From a virus (lineage: Duplodnaviria > Caudoviricetes): a stretch of DNA of 30,097 nucleotides. Position numbers and translations under genes: made by a program. The notes beneath the pieces are model-generated. The model had not been told where the DNA came from. It searched no databases and worked only from the letters and a program-made list of their open reading frames with translations. Each line of letters begins with the position of its first letter. Positions within the stretch are counted from its first letter, which is position 1. Shown here piece by piece: positions 1 to 8,727 of the stretch. Location: positions 1-30,097 of the IMG/VR virus record IMGVR_UViG_3300016464_000258. One strand, written 5' to 3'.

Positions 1-1
1 T

Positions 2-1471
2 AGAGTTACCATTAGTAAGATTCTTAATATAGCTAGAAGCAGACATTGGACCAGTTAGAGTAATTATTGTAGGAACTACAGTATTGCCCTCGTTAAATAC
101 TGAAGTTTTTGAATAAGCAAGCCGAGCAGTGCCACCGCTAGTGTAGGAAACTCCAGGGTTAGTGGCAGTAACTTCAAACCAAGCTCCCCCGGAATCAACG
201 GCAGTTACAGCAGTTGCCGTAGTTAATTCCCAACCGGCCGGGCTAGTCCCAGAGACCACTACGTAATCTCCCACAGCAAAAGTATTAGTGGCAGTATATC
301 TTCTAGTTCCAGAGCTAAAAGTTGCAGCAGTTACTGTAGCTTGTTTATATGTAAAAGGGGTTGCTGAGAAATATCCATCCGTTGCTTGGTAGTTCCAAGA
401 ATACTTAACAGGATCTCCAGCTCTGAGTTGTACAGAAAAATCTATGCGGCCTCTCGCGTTTTTTACGTCCATAGTTGGCTGCCCGATCATAAAAACCTTA
501 GAAACTTTTACCGGACCTTCGTCAACAGCTAAAATACCGCCTAGATAGACAAGATCAGAAAGAGCAGATATAAGTTTAGATCTAGCCGCCGGCATGTATT
601 CCGGACCAGGCGGAAGAATCGATCCTTCAAGAGTTATAGTTCTAGCTTTCCAACGTCCACGTACGTTGTAAGATCCGTCATCAAGACCTCGATTAATATC
701 TGGAACTTCTGCTTCAGGTAGAGTCCACCAGTTTTTAATATCTGTACACACCCAAACAACGTTATTTTCATCAATTGTATTTAAAATTAACCCATTTATA
801 TTTATATCTGCATTAAGTTTCAGTCCGCTAATATAAGGCTGCGGCATCTTTTTAAGAGCATTATTTACTATGCTATTTTCTAATGCTTGTTTAGAAGCAG
901 ACAATAAAGTAGAATCATTTGCACTAACTATTTGAGATTGAACAGTGCTAGATACTTGATTAAAATCTTCATAAAACTCTTCTATATAAGAGCTTTGTTC
1001 AAACAGAACTGCATCTAAATAGAATTCTGTAATTGTACTGGATGTTGTAGGTATAAAAGCTACTTTTGCTTTTACGGCCGTTGCTGGAATAGTAGCAGCT
1101 GGAACAGTCAAACCTATTCTGTACCACTCACTGTCTTTTGGCACAGAAAGAGTTGCAGTAGACGTGAGAACTGTAGTATTGCTAGAGTTTGCCCAAACAA
1201 TTCTCATTGTTATAGATCCTGCAACAGCCGCGGTAGCTTCCGAATTAATTCTTAAATACCCGGATATAGAATAATCTTTAGACTCGTCTATTGTTAAAAA
1301 GTTGGTAAGCTCGACACCAGTTGAAGTAGAAGTAATGCTAGATACGTATAGAGACGAACTCCCAACAAATCCAGTAGACGTATTTAAAGCTATGGCTGCT
1401 GTACTTAAGGCTGACCAGCCCGTGGTAGCGGATCTGAAGGAAGCATTAGTAATTAGGTTTGTTCTAGTCAT
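2..1471 (-). CDS. Distal tail (Dit)-like / minor tail protein with N-terminal carbohydrate-binding-like domain; runs off the left edge
   Basis: Not in the ORF track because it has no stop in the window. ATG at 1471-1469, 2 nt after the tape measure stop. By hand it reads MTRTNLITNASFRSATTGWS...FYLDAVLFEQ (CBM-like jelly-roll pattern), then ...WWTLPEAEVPDINRGLDDGSYNVRGRWKARTITLEG...FSVQLRAGDPVKY...NEGNTVVPTIITLTGP, typical of siphophage Dit. It sits directly after the tape measure gene. Confidence 0.8.
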   Translation of the reverse strand, partial: MTRTNLITNASFRSATTGWSALSTAAIALNTSTGFVGSSSLYVSSITSTSTGVELTNFLTIDESKDYSISGYLRINSEATAAVAGSITMRIVWANSSNTTVLTSTATLSVPKDSEWYRIGLTVPAATIPATAVKAKVAFIPTTSSTITEFYLDAVLFEQSSYIEEFYEDFNQVSSTVQSQIVSANDSTLLSASKQALENSIVNNALKKMPQPYISGLKLNADININGLILNTIDENNVVWVCTDIKNWWTLPEAEVPDINRGLDDGSYNVRGRWKARTITLEGSILPPGPEYMPAARSKLISALSDLVYLGGILAVDEGPVKVSKVFMIGQPTMDVKNARGRIDFSVQLRAGDPVKYSWNYQATDGYFSATPFTYKQATVTAATFSSGTRRYTATNTFAVGDYVVVSGTSPAGWELTTATAVTAVDSGGAWFEVTATNPGVSYTSGGTARLAYSKTSVFNEGNTVVPTIITLTGPMSASSYIKNLTNGNS

Positions 1472-1473
1472 TT

Positions 1474-4400
1474 TTATCCTCCAACCTTAACTCCCATCCT
1501 ATTTAGCTCTATCTTAACCATAGAATCTATTATGTCGGTTCTGTTGTTCTTTAGAGCTAGCTGACCAGCCGCGCTAGAGAGAACTACCGATAGAGCCTGA
1601 CTTCTAGCCACAGAGTCTGAGAATTTATCGCTAACGTTTGAAAGTTTATCTGCAGCTTTATCAAACTTTACAGCAGAATTACTTATATTAGTAGTGGAAG
1701 TTTTGAAAGCCGTTGCATCTGCACTTGGAGCTGCAGACGGTATTAAGTTCTTATTTAAAACATCCAGAACCGATCCAAGCTTATTTAATCTATCTCCCTT
1801 ATAATAATCGGCAGCAGAGACATCGGCACCATCTATCCTAAGAGTTATCCCCCTCAAAGCTTCACTAAAAGCTCCTTCCTGGAAGAAGGTTCCGGCAACG
1901 TTGAAACCTTCAATTATCTGAGGTTGTATGTTTTTAATTGAATTGTATAGTTGTTTATTTGTAGTTTTTAAAGTATTTAATTCCGACTGGGTATAGAATG
2001 TTCCTCTATACATACGACCAGTTACAGATTCTTTTGTAATAGTAGATCCAGCAACTCCAGTTAATAGCTCTGCTAAACGAGATACAGAGTTTGCAGCAGT
2101 ATTCATAGCTTTTTGATCTACAAATTTTCCACCTTTAAATATATTTTGAGATTTTCCACCCATCAAAGTACTTAAATCTTGAATTGCAGTCTCTTTTTGA
2201 GTTTTGTTTAAAGAGCCTCCACCAGCCAACATATTGTTGTAAAGTAAACTCATACCGCTAGACATGTCTAATGCTTTATATTTAAATGTAGGAGTAGTAA
2301 ATTGCCCAGTTCCAGTACCTGTAGCGCCCTGAGCCTGCAAACCTGCGCTTGCAGTTGCAATTTTAGTCATCAACTGTTTAAACGAGTAGTTGGTGAGTAC
2401 ACCTGAAGCATCAAATTTTAATCCCTCTAATAGTTTTGGAACATCGGTGCGTCCAATAAGAGAAGTTTTTACAAGATCATTTATAACTTTTGTAGAGGTT
2501 TTTGCCGTCATAGAAGAGACAGTTCCAAGAGCTCCGGCTATAGAATTTATGTCAAGGGTTGAAGTCTTAGAAAGTTTACCTACAGTTTCAGCAATAGTAT
2601 CAGCTGCAAATTGACTTGAAGTAGATATTTTGTAAGCTGTTTTATTAGATAAGGCAAACTCTTGCAAAGCATTTTGCATTTCATTTAGGCCAACATCGTA
2701 TTTTGCACCAATTCCAGCAGCCTTGTTAAACAAACTACTGCTTATAGCTTCAGCTTCATATTTATTTCCAGCAAACCCAGCGGCTGCAGCTTTTTCACCA
2801 AATTTTTGAACTTGGTTTAAGTTTTGAACAACCATCTCTGCGCTTATAATTTCAAATTTTTTGATTCGTTGTGCTTGTTTTTCTTGAGCAGCATTAATAC
2901 TGTCAACAATTGTTGTTCCAATACTTAATAGAGATCCAACAACCATACCCCCAGGACCAAACATAGAAGCAATTCCAGCAACACCTTGCATCATCATTCC
3001 AGTTTGGCTCATTGTACCGGACGCCATGCTATAAAGAGCACTGGCTCCAGTTAGACCCATGCCAATACCACCCGCTATAGATCCGCCACCAAGTCGACTA
3101 AATCCACCCTGTATACCGCGGCCAACAGTTCCAAGGAATCCTCTAGTAGCATTGGCTCCAACAGTTAGTCCTGGAGCCATTGGAACTCCAGCAGGTCCCG
3201 GGGCATTTAGAGTATTTGCATATGCTGCTTTATATCGACCACCGGCTAATCCAGTTCCAGCAATTAATTGCTGATTAGTAATTACTGTTTGACCTTGACG
3301 TCTAAGTTCTTCAATATTTCTTTGGATCTGAGTGTTTAAAGCTTTGACTTGTTGAGCATCAAATCCTGCAGCAGAAGCTTGAGCTAAAATTCTGTTAGTC
3401 ATAAGCTGAGCTTCGGTAATTGCACCCTTCTTTGCAATTATGCTCATCTGAAGCATCTGAGTAGTTTGCTTAGTTCGCTCGTTATAGAGATATGCAGCCT
3501 TGCTTCCAGAAATTAATTGAAGTTCCAGTTGGGCCAGACGATCTCTAGCAAATCCAGCTTCTCTACCCATTGTAAGTAGCTGGCTGTTTCTTGCAGTTCT
3601 TGCAGACATTCTTAGCTTATTAAACATGTCTTGGCCAGCTTGGCCAGCTAGCATATATTCAGTTTTTAATGCCCTAACTGCCTCTTTATCAGCTTTTAGT
3701 TTTGCAGTTACAGAGCCCATCATGTTCATAAATTTTGCAATATAACCTAAGAATATTTCTAAACCTTTTTTAAGAAGAATAAATACTCCGGCAATTGCAA
3801 GCAATGGACCATGCATTGCACCAATGACTGTAAGAACCGGTCTTAAAAATTCAAGAACGCTTGCAAATGTATTCATTATGGTACTTAAAGTATTAAAAAA
3901 TGTGGTTATTGTCGATTCATCAGCAAGTGCTGCAATCATTCTAGAAAGGCTAACTAAAACATTGGCAACTGCTTCTCCAGCTTTTTGACCGGCTTCTAAA
4001 ATTTGCCTTACATAAGGAATTGCACCTCTAAGAGTGATCCAAAATTTTCTGGTATCTTGATTTCCTGCAAGATCAACAAAAATCTTTAAAAATTGACCTA
4101 TAGTTCTTAAAGCTTCAACAGCATTTATTGTAGACTCTTTTAGCCAATTACTGAAACCTTTGCTTCCAGTAAAACTCTCAAATCCTTTTGAAATAGAATG
4201 TAAAAAGTCAAGCATTACTTTTCCAGCACCACTATCTGGACCACTCGGAAAAGCAGCTTTAACAATATTTTTTATGCCCCCATAAATTTCTCTAAATACT
4301 CCGCCTAAAGATCTTGCAACATCGTAAGCTAATTCAAAAGTTCTTCTCAGATCTCCATTGAATTCTTGAAGTTTTAACTTTTCTTCTAAATTAGATAAAG

Positions 4401-5601
4401 CTGTATCAATTGCTGCAGAAAATCTTTCGGTTATTGGAGCCGCGGCTTTTAATATGGTAAGAAGAATTCCAAAAGAAGACTTCATAGAATTTCCAAAATG
4501 GGCTATTACTTTAGTAGAACTTTCAAAAAAGCTTTTTAAATATTCCATATTTGTAGTGTCTTTAAAAGCACTTGCAAATGTTTTACTTGCGTCTCCCATA
4601 GCAGAAGCAACCTGCTTAAGACCAGTCTTAAGAACAGGGAACCCATACTTCATAAGAGTTTGTATAGATTCTTGAAGTTTAGGAATAAATCCTTCAGCAA
4701 CTTCTTTCTTTAATTGCTGCATCTGAGGGCGTAAAGTTACCATAAACTTTACAAACTCTAATTGCATCTTAGATAGTGGAGCTAGAGGCTGATAGGCACT
4801 TGTAGCCTCAATACCTTTTTTAACAGCTCTAAAAGCTTCTTCACTCTTATGCTTAGCTTCTCTAAGCTGTAGATCTGCTTGCTTGTAGGCAAGTTCTGTT
4901 TGTCTACGAAGTCTATTGTCTGGTGGAAGATCTTGAACACGAGCAAGTGCTTCTCTAGCACTTTCAAGTTTTAGTGCCGCATCTTCTTGAGAAAGTGCCG
5001 CTGCTTCAGCAGCAAATTTTAGATTTATATATTCCTGAGCTGCCGCTCTAAATGTATCATTTAAGGCAGTTTGAGATTTCCAAACCGTTCCAATTGCATT
5101 GGCAACTCCGGCCATTGCAACTTTTACGCCAATAAATCCTACAGCAACTCCAGCAAATGCTCCACCAAATGCTGCTATAGCAGGAACCGCTGCACCAAGA
5201 ACTCCAACTAGAGAGAGTAATCCTCCAACTAAATCTCCAATAGTTCCAGCAATAATTCCAGCAGCAGCTTGAAATTTTAGACCGGTTCTTTGAAGTCTCA
5301 TAAACCTGTCTGATGCCATTTCAGCAGGGCTTTTAATTTTATTAAGTGCAGAGGCAGCTACGTTTATGGCTCGGTTTAGCTGATAAAACTGATTCTCACC
5401 TTTTGTAACACCACGAAGAACACCTAGTTCAAAACCTTTTCTAAAGTTTTCGCTAAATTTTCTGGTTACGTCTTCTTTAAGAAGTTTGTCATAGCTACGT
5501 CCAGCCATTTCCAGTCTTTGTCTGAATCTTTCAAGATCCATCTGGGCTTTTCTGGTGTCAGCACCAACTTCAATTTTGGCTCTACCAATATTTTCTGCCA
5601 T
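1474..5601 (-). CDS. Tape measure protein (1375 aa)
   Basis: Long Ala/Gly/Leu-rich helical protein with hydrophobic stretches and an N-terminal IGRAKIEVGADT motif. Lies between the chaperone pair and the Dit-like gene. Strong RBS upstream. Confidence 0.92.
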   Translation of the reverse strand: MAENIGRAKIEVGADTRKAQMDLERFRQRLEMAGRSYDKLLKEDVTRKFSENFRKGFELGVLRGVTKGENQFYQLNRAINVAASALNKIKSPAEMASDRFMRLQRTGLKFQAAAGIIAGTIGDLVGGLLSLVGVLGAAVPAIAAFGGAFAGVAVGFIGVKVAMAGVANAIGTVWKSQTALNDTFRAAAQEYINLKFAAEAAALSQEDAALKLESAREALARVQDLPPDNRLRRQTELAYKQADLQLREAKHKSEEAFRAVKKGIEATSAYQPLAPLSKMQLEFVKFMVTLRPQMQQLKKEVAEGFIPKLQESIQTLMKYGFPVLKTGLKQVASAMGDASKTFASAFKDTTNMEYLKSFFESSTKVIAHFGNSMKSSFGILLTILKAAAPITERFSAAIDTALSNLEEKLKLQEFNGDLRRTFELAYDVARSLGGVFREIYGGIKNIVKAAFPSGPDSGAGKVMLDFLHSISKGFESFTGSKGFSNWLKESTINAVEALRTIGQFLKIFVDLAGNQDTRKFWITLRGAIPYVRQILEAGQKAGEAVANVLVSLSRMIAALADESTITTFFNTLSTIMNTFASVLEFLRPVLTVIGAMHGPLLAIAGVFILLKKGLEIFLGYIAKFMNMMGSVTAKLKADKEAVRALKTEYMLAGQAGQDMFNKLRMSARTARNSQLLTMGREAGFARDRLAQLELQLISGSKAAYLYNERTKQTTQMLQMSIIAKKGAITEAQLMTNRILAQASAAGFDAQQVKALNTQIQRNIEELRRQGQTVITNQQLIAGTGLAGGRYKAAYANTLNAPGPAGVPMAPGLTVGANATRGFLGTVGRGIQGGFSRLGGGSIAGGIGMGLTGASALYSMASGTMSQTGMMMQGVAGIASMFGPGGMVVGSLLSIGTTIVDSINAAQEKQAQRIKKFEIISAEMVVQNLNQVQKFGEKAAAAGFAGNKYEAEAISSSLFNKAAGIGAKYDVGLNEMQNALQEFALSNKTAYKISTSSQFAADTIAETVGKLSKTSTLDINSIAGALGTVSSMTAKTSTKVINDLVKTSLIGRTDVPKLLEGLKFDASGVLTNYSFKQLMTKIATASAGLQAQGATGTGTGQFTTPTFKYKALDMSSGMSLLYNNMLAGGGSLNKTQKETAIQDLSTLMGGKSQNIFKGGKFVDQKAMNTAANSVSRLAELLTGVAGSTITKESVTGRMYRGTFYTQSELNTLKTTNKQLYNSIKNIQPQIIEGFNVAGTFFQEGAFSEALRGITLRIDGADVSAADYYKGDRLNKLGSVLDVLNKNLIPSAAPSADATAFKTSTTNISNSAVKFDKAADKLSNVSDKFSDSVARSQALSVVLSSAAGQLALKNNRTDIIDSMVKIELNRMGVKVGG

Positions 5602-5610
5602 AGCTATGAC

Positions 5611-5620
5611 TCACCTCCTT
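5611..5620 (-). promoter_or_regulatory. Shine-Dalgarno site AAGGAGGTGA of the tape measure gene
   Basis: Plus strand tcacctcctt, 9 nt upstream of the ATG at 5601. Confidence 0.85.
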
Positions 5621-5625
5621 CTAAA

Positions 5626-6075
5626 CTAACCCAACGGCTGATCCAAAACACTTCCAAAAGGTAGTGCAGAATCTTCCCTTAACGGGGTTGGTGCAATATA
5701 TGGTTTTATAGATTCTTTTCTTGGATTGAAAGGCTCTATAATTTCTTCTGGCTCAGAAAATTCTTCTGGACCATCTAACTTGCTGATGTCACCGTACTTA
5801 GCATCTGGTTCATCGCTACTTACGTATTTATAAGATTTGTTATACATTGACTCATAAATGTTTTTTCTAAAGTTGTCTTTGTATATAGGTTCATACTCGC
5901 TAGAGTACCTAAAATCTTCTTCGAGGAAATAGTGAATAACGTCAAGCATATCTGATAGCTCCATGCTTGCAAGTTGTAGTCCGTTCACTAGTGCCTTTCC
6001 GTTGACATACGGCCAGAGATCAACCGCCCAACTTAGGAGGCTGCTGGCCGATCCGAGGGGCGGTTTGAATACTCC
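5626..6075 (-). CDS. Tail assembly chaperone, C-terminal extension (gpT-like part of a gpGT fusion)
   Basis: The frame of ORF 5626..5988 stays open upstream to about 6075 (...PLGSASSLLSWAVDLWPYVNGKALVNGLQL...). It overlaps the end of the upstream chaperone gene in the -1 frame, the canonical G/T arrangement before a tape measure gene. Confidence 0.75.
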   Translation of the reverse strand, partial: GVFKPPLGSASSLLSWAVDLWPYVNGKALVNGLQLASMELSDMLDVIHYFLEEDFRYSSEYEPIYKDNFRKNIYESMYNKSYKYVSSDEPDAKYGDISKLDGPEEFSEPEEIIEPFNPRKESIKPYIAPTPLREDSALPFGSVLDQPLG

Positions 6076-6371
6076 TCAATTAGCCAAGCAGTGATCTCAG
6101 ACAGAGTTTCAACTGAAACAATCTTTTCTGGGTTCTCCTGAAGAGCAACGAATCTGTCGTAACTTTCTTTCAAAAGCACTCTAGAAAGAAACAGCTCAAC
6201 AGCGTCAGCGTTTCTTGTTACATCTTCAGAGTTGCTAGCAGAGATAAGTTCTAGAATGACCTTACCTTGCAGTTGTTTTACACAATGAAATTCTTCACCG
6301 TGAAGTTTAAATGATACTGGTTCAGCATTTGGATCGACATTTCCGGTTCCAAAGTCTTTAAATCGAGTCAT
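6033..6371 (-). CDS. Tail assembly chaperone (gpG-like, 112 aa)
   Basis: Size, position two ORFs before the tape measure gene, and a C-terminal WLIEEYSNRPS end typical of actinophage chaperones. AAGGA RBS upstream. Confidence 0.82.
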   Translation of the reverse strand: MTRFKDFGTGNVDPNAEPVSFKLHGEEFHCVKQLQGKVILELISASNSEDVTRNADAVELFLSRVLLKESYDRFVALQENPEKIVSVETLSEITAWLIEEYSNRPSDRPAAS

Positions 6372-6413
6372 TTGTTATCCTTAATTTTGTAGTTAATACT
6401 TACGTATTTATAG

Positions 6414-6815
6414 CTATTTGCTATAGAACAAGTATAAATTATCTGTAAGGTACCTATTTGGCCTAGTTCCAGGATGATTAACAGCCCTGGCAAATACAAG
6501 TACACCTTTATTTCTAAATCTTAAATAAGATCTCTTTTTCGGGAAAATCATGTGTCTTTTTGTCCCATTGTGATGCATGAGAGCATATGGTACGGCAGAT
6601 CCTATATACATTCTTTGCCCATTTCCAACTTTTGTATGCCCATAAATTCTTATAGATCTTTTAAGACGTCCGGTTTTAACTCCTACTTGACGCTTAGCTG
6701 CAACCTGAACTTTTACAGCTCGTTTTTTAAGCTCTCTACCAACTTCTCCTCTAGGAGAATTTAAAAGCTGATCTATTTTTTCATGGTATAAAGTCACTTT
6801 TATTGTTTTAGCCAT
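6414..6815 (-). CDS. HK97 gp10-like neck / tail-completion protein (133 aa, basic)
   Basis: Motifs VKTGRLKRSI, YALMHHNGT and HPGTRPNRYL. The start overlaps the upstream stop (TAATG at 6813-6817). Confidence 0.8.
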   Translation of the reverse strand: MAKTIKVTLYHEKIDQLLNSPRGEVGRELKKRAVKVQVAAKRQVGVKTGRLKRSIRIYGHTKVGNGQRMYIGSAVPYALMHHNGTKRHMIFPKKRSYLRFRNKGVLVFARAVNHPGTRPNRYLTDNLYLFYSK

Positions 6816-7318
6816 TATGGAACCGCCAACGTCAGTTCAAGGCTAACTACTTGGTAACCGCCCTCCATATCGGCAGCTTCTAGAGTAGCTAATATACCTA
6901 ATCCAAATACTCCATCCCACATATCAAAAAGCTTCATAGAAGACATTAGAACCCAAGCATCTATAGCTGAGATTTCTGCACCCTGTTGAATCTTTTCAGG
7001 TGTAGGTGGACGTCCATTCATGCCAACTGTAGGTACCTCACGAGCAATGCTTATTGTAACTATTGCAGTTCTTGGCATATTACAACGCTGTGGTTCACTC
7101 ACCTGATCTCCAGGGCTACCAAGATACATCTGATTAAAAGCAACTACTACTTGTTCACAGTCAATTGCCGGAGTTCCCATTGTCCAATATCTACGCTGCG
7201 GCAGTGGAACATTGTATGACTGAAAAACAGACTCTACTCTTTCAAGTATTCCGTTCATCATATCTCTTAGATTTAAAGCATCCTCGGATATGTCACCAAT
7301 GTTCACTGCTGCAGACAT
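6815..7318 (-). CDS. Putative tail terminator / head-tail connector (167 aa)
   Basis: Position in the neck cluster. PAIDCEQVVV, ITISIARE.P and EGGY motifs resemble actinophage tail terminators. Confidence 0.6.
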   Translation of the reverse strand: MSAAVNIGDISEDALNLRDMMNGILERVESVFQSYNVPLPQRRYWTMGTPAIDCEQVVVAFNQMYLGSPGDQVSEPQRCNMPRTAIVTISIAREVPTVGMNGRPPTPEKIQQGAEISAIDAWVLMSSMKLFDMWDGVFGLGILATLEAADMEGGYQVVSLELTLAVP

Positions 7319-7321
7319 AAA

Positions 7322-7516
7322 TTATTCTCCTTCAGGAGTTTCTTCTGCAACAGGTTCGACGACAACTTCAGGCTGAACTTCTTCAACCTTAGCTTCTACC
7401 TTCTTTGCCGCAGGTTTTGCTGCAACTTTCTTCTCCTCTACCGGTGCGGCAACTGGAGCTTCTGCTGCAACACTGCCGAGCATATCGACAGCACGGAAGT
7501 TTGTCTGAGCTGACAT
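7322..7516 (-). CDS. Small Ala/Glu/Lys/Val-rich hypothetical protein (64 aa)
   Basis: Fills the gap between the adaptor and terminator genes. Purine-rich RBS (AAGAAGG) upstream. Confidence 0.7.
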   Translation of the reverse strand: MSAQTNFRAVDMLGSVAAEAPVAAPVEEKKVAAKPAAKKVEAKVEEVQPEVVVEPVAEETPEGE

Positions 7517-7530
7517 ACTTACCTTCTTTC

Positions 7531-8643
7531 TTAGCTATATAACTTGATCTGGAGGTTTCCAGTCTCAATCTCTGATACGGTCGTAACACCGCCAACGGTC
7601 TTAGTTGCGTATAGAGTCCATGTGCCAGGATCAACAAATCCCAACACCGATCTTGCATCGTTATAACTAATTGTAAATGAAACTGACTGGTTGCCATTAT
7701 TCACAACTATGTTGCTTGATGCAATATCTAAACTTTTACCCGATCCAGCGCTTCTGATCGTAACTACAGGAGTCCATCCGGTACCGTCAAAAAATGCTGA
7801 AACATCCGCTCCGGTTTTACCAACCGAAGTCCAAGTTGCTGGAGAATTTTTAACCACAGCAATATCAAAGTTTGTATTAGCTGTTAGTACAAGATCTTTT
7901 GGAGTGTAACGTCTACCCCTAGGAGCATCTGGGCTAAACACCTTAGCTTTTGCTCTAGCTTTGTCTGGGTTAACTGACTTTAGGAATAGGTCAATAGCGT
8001 ACAGACCAGTACGTAGATCGTCAATAAAGTCTTGGCTGTCTAGTAGAGTGTATGAAACTCCCTGACGAGAAATAGACGTAATACGCTGAGGAAGCATACA
8101 GTCATCATCTCCTGCCCAAAGTTTGGCAAATTCCATGGCTAGAGTTCGGGCAGCCATTTTTCCAGCCATAGGAATAGGAGATCCGTAAGTATAAGTTACT
8201 TCAACGTTACACGGAGTCCAAGGAACACCGGCAGCAGCTTGAATAGTAGAGTGGTCAACTAGGTAGTAAGTGTCTGGATTTAGGATCTCTCCGCTCATAT
8301 TTCTGATGGAGTGGATCTTAGTTACAGGACGTCCACGTAGTTTAATTCTAGATTCGGGAGAAAGACCATCTGAGACAAGTTCGGTGTATTCTTGAAAGTC
8401 AGCTACAGGAATGTTGTAAAGCTGACCAGAAATCAAAGTTCCATAGTAATTTCTAGAAGATGGACCAAGACGATAAGATCTTTTGGCGCAGACGTAACGT
8501 TCAGTTACAGTCACTTCGCCGGTAAATTTTCTACCAGACATAGTCCACATCAGGTATGAGGCAGTCTCACACGCCTCCTGAGCAAACTCAGTGTTGGCAT
8601 ATGATCCTAGTTCAGCTGGCTGAACCCACAGTGAAGTTCCCAT
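7531..8643 (-). CDS. Head-to-tail adaptor with C-terminal beta-rich extension (370 aa)
   Basis: ASYLMWTMSGRKF, VTYTYGSPIP, LAMEFAK...CMLPQRITSISRQGVSY and TGLYAIDLFLKSVNP match actinophage adaptor motifs. AGGAG RBS upstream. Confidence 0.8.
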   Translation of the reverse strand: MGTSLWVQPAELGSYANTEFAQEACETASYLMWTMSGRKFTGEVTVTERYVCAKRSYRLGPSSRNYYGTLISGQLYNIPVADFQEYTELVSDGLSPESRIKLRGRPVTKIHSIRNMSGEILNPDTYYLVDHSTIQAAAGVPWTPCNVEVTYTYGSPIPMAGKMAARTLAMEFAKLWAGDDDCMLPQRITSISRQGVSYTLLDSQDFIDDLRTGLYAIDLFLKSVNPDKARAKAKVFSPDAPRGRRYTPKDLVLTANTNFDIAVVKNSPATWTSVGKTGADVSAFFDGTGWTPVVTIRSAGSGKSLDIASSNIVVNNGNQSVSFTISYNDARSVLGFVDPGTWTLYATKTVGGVTTVSEIETGNLQIKLYS

Positions 8644-8668
8644 AAATTGTATCTCCTAGATATGAATC

Positions 8669-8715
8669 AGGCGGCGTGCTGGCATGTCTCGCACACCAAG
8701 GCACGCCGCCTTTTT
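8669..8715. terminator. GC-rich stem-loop after the major tail gene (terminator or mRNA-stabilising hairpin)
   Basis: aggcggcgtgc (8669-8679) pairs with gcacgccgcct (8701-8711), with further inner pairing. The T-run (8711-8715) follows the stem on the plus strand; the minus strand has only a weak U-tail. Confidence 0.75.
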
Positions 8716-8727
8716 CTATTGGTTCTG

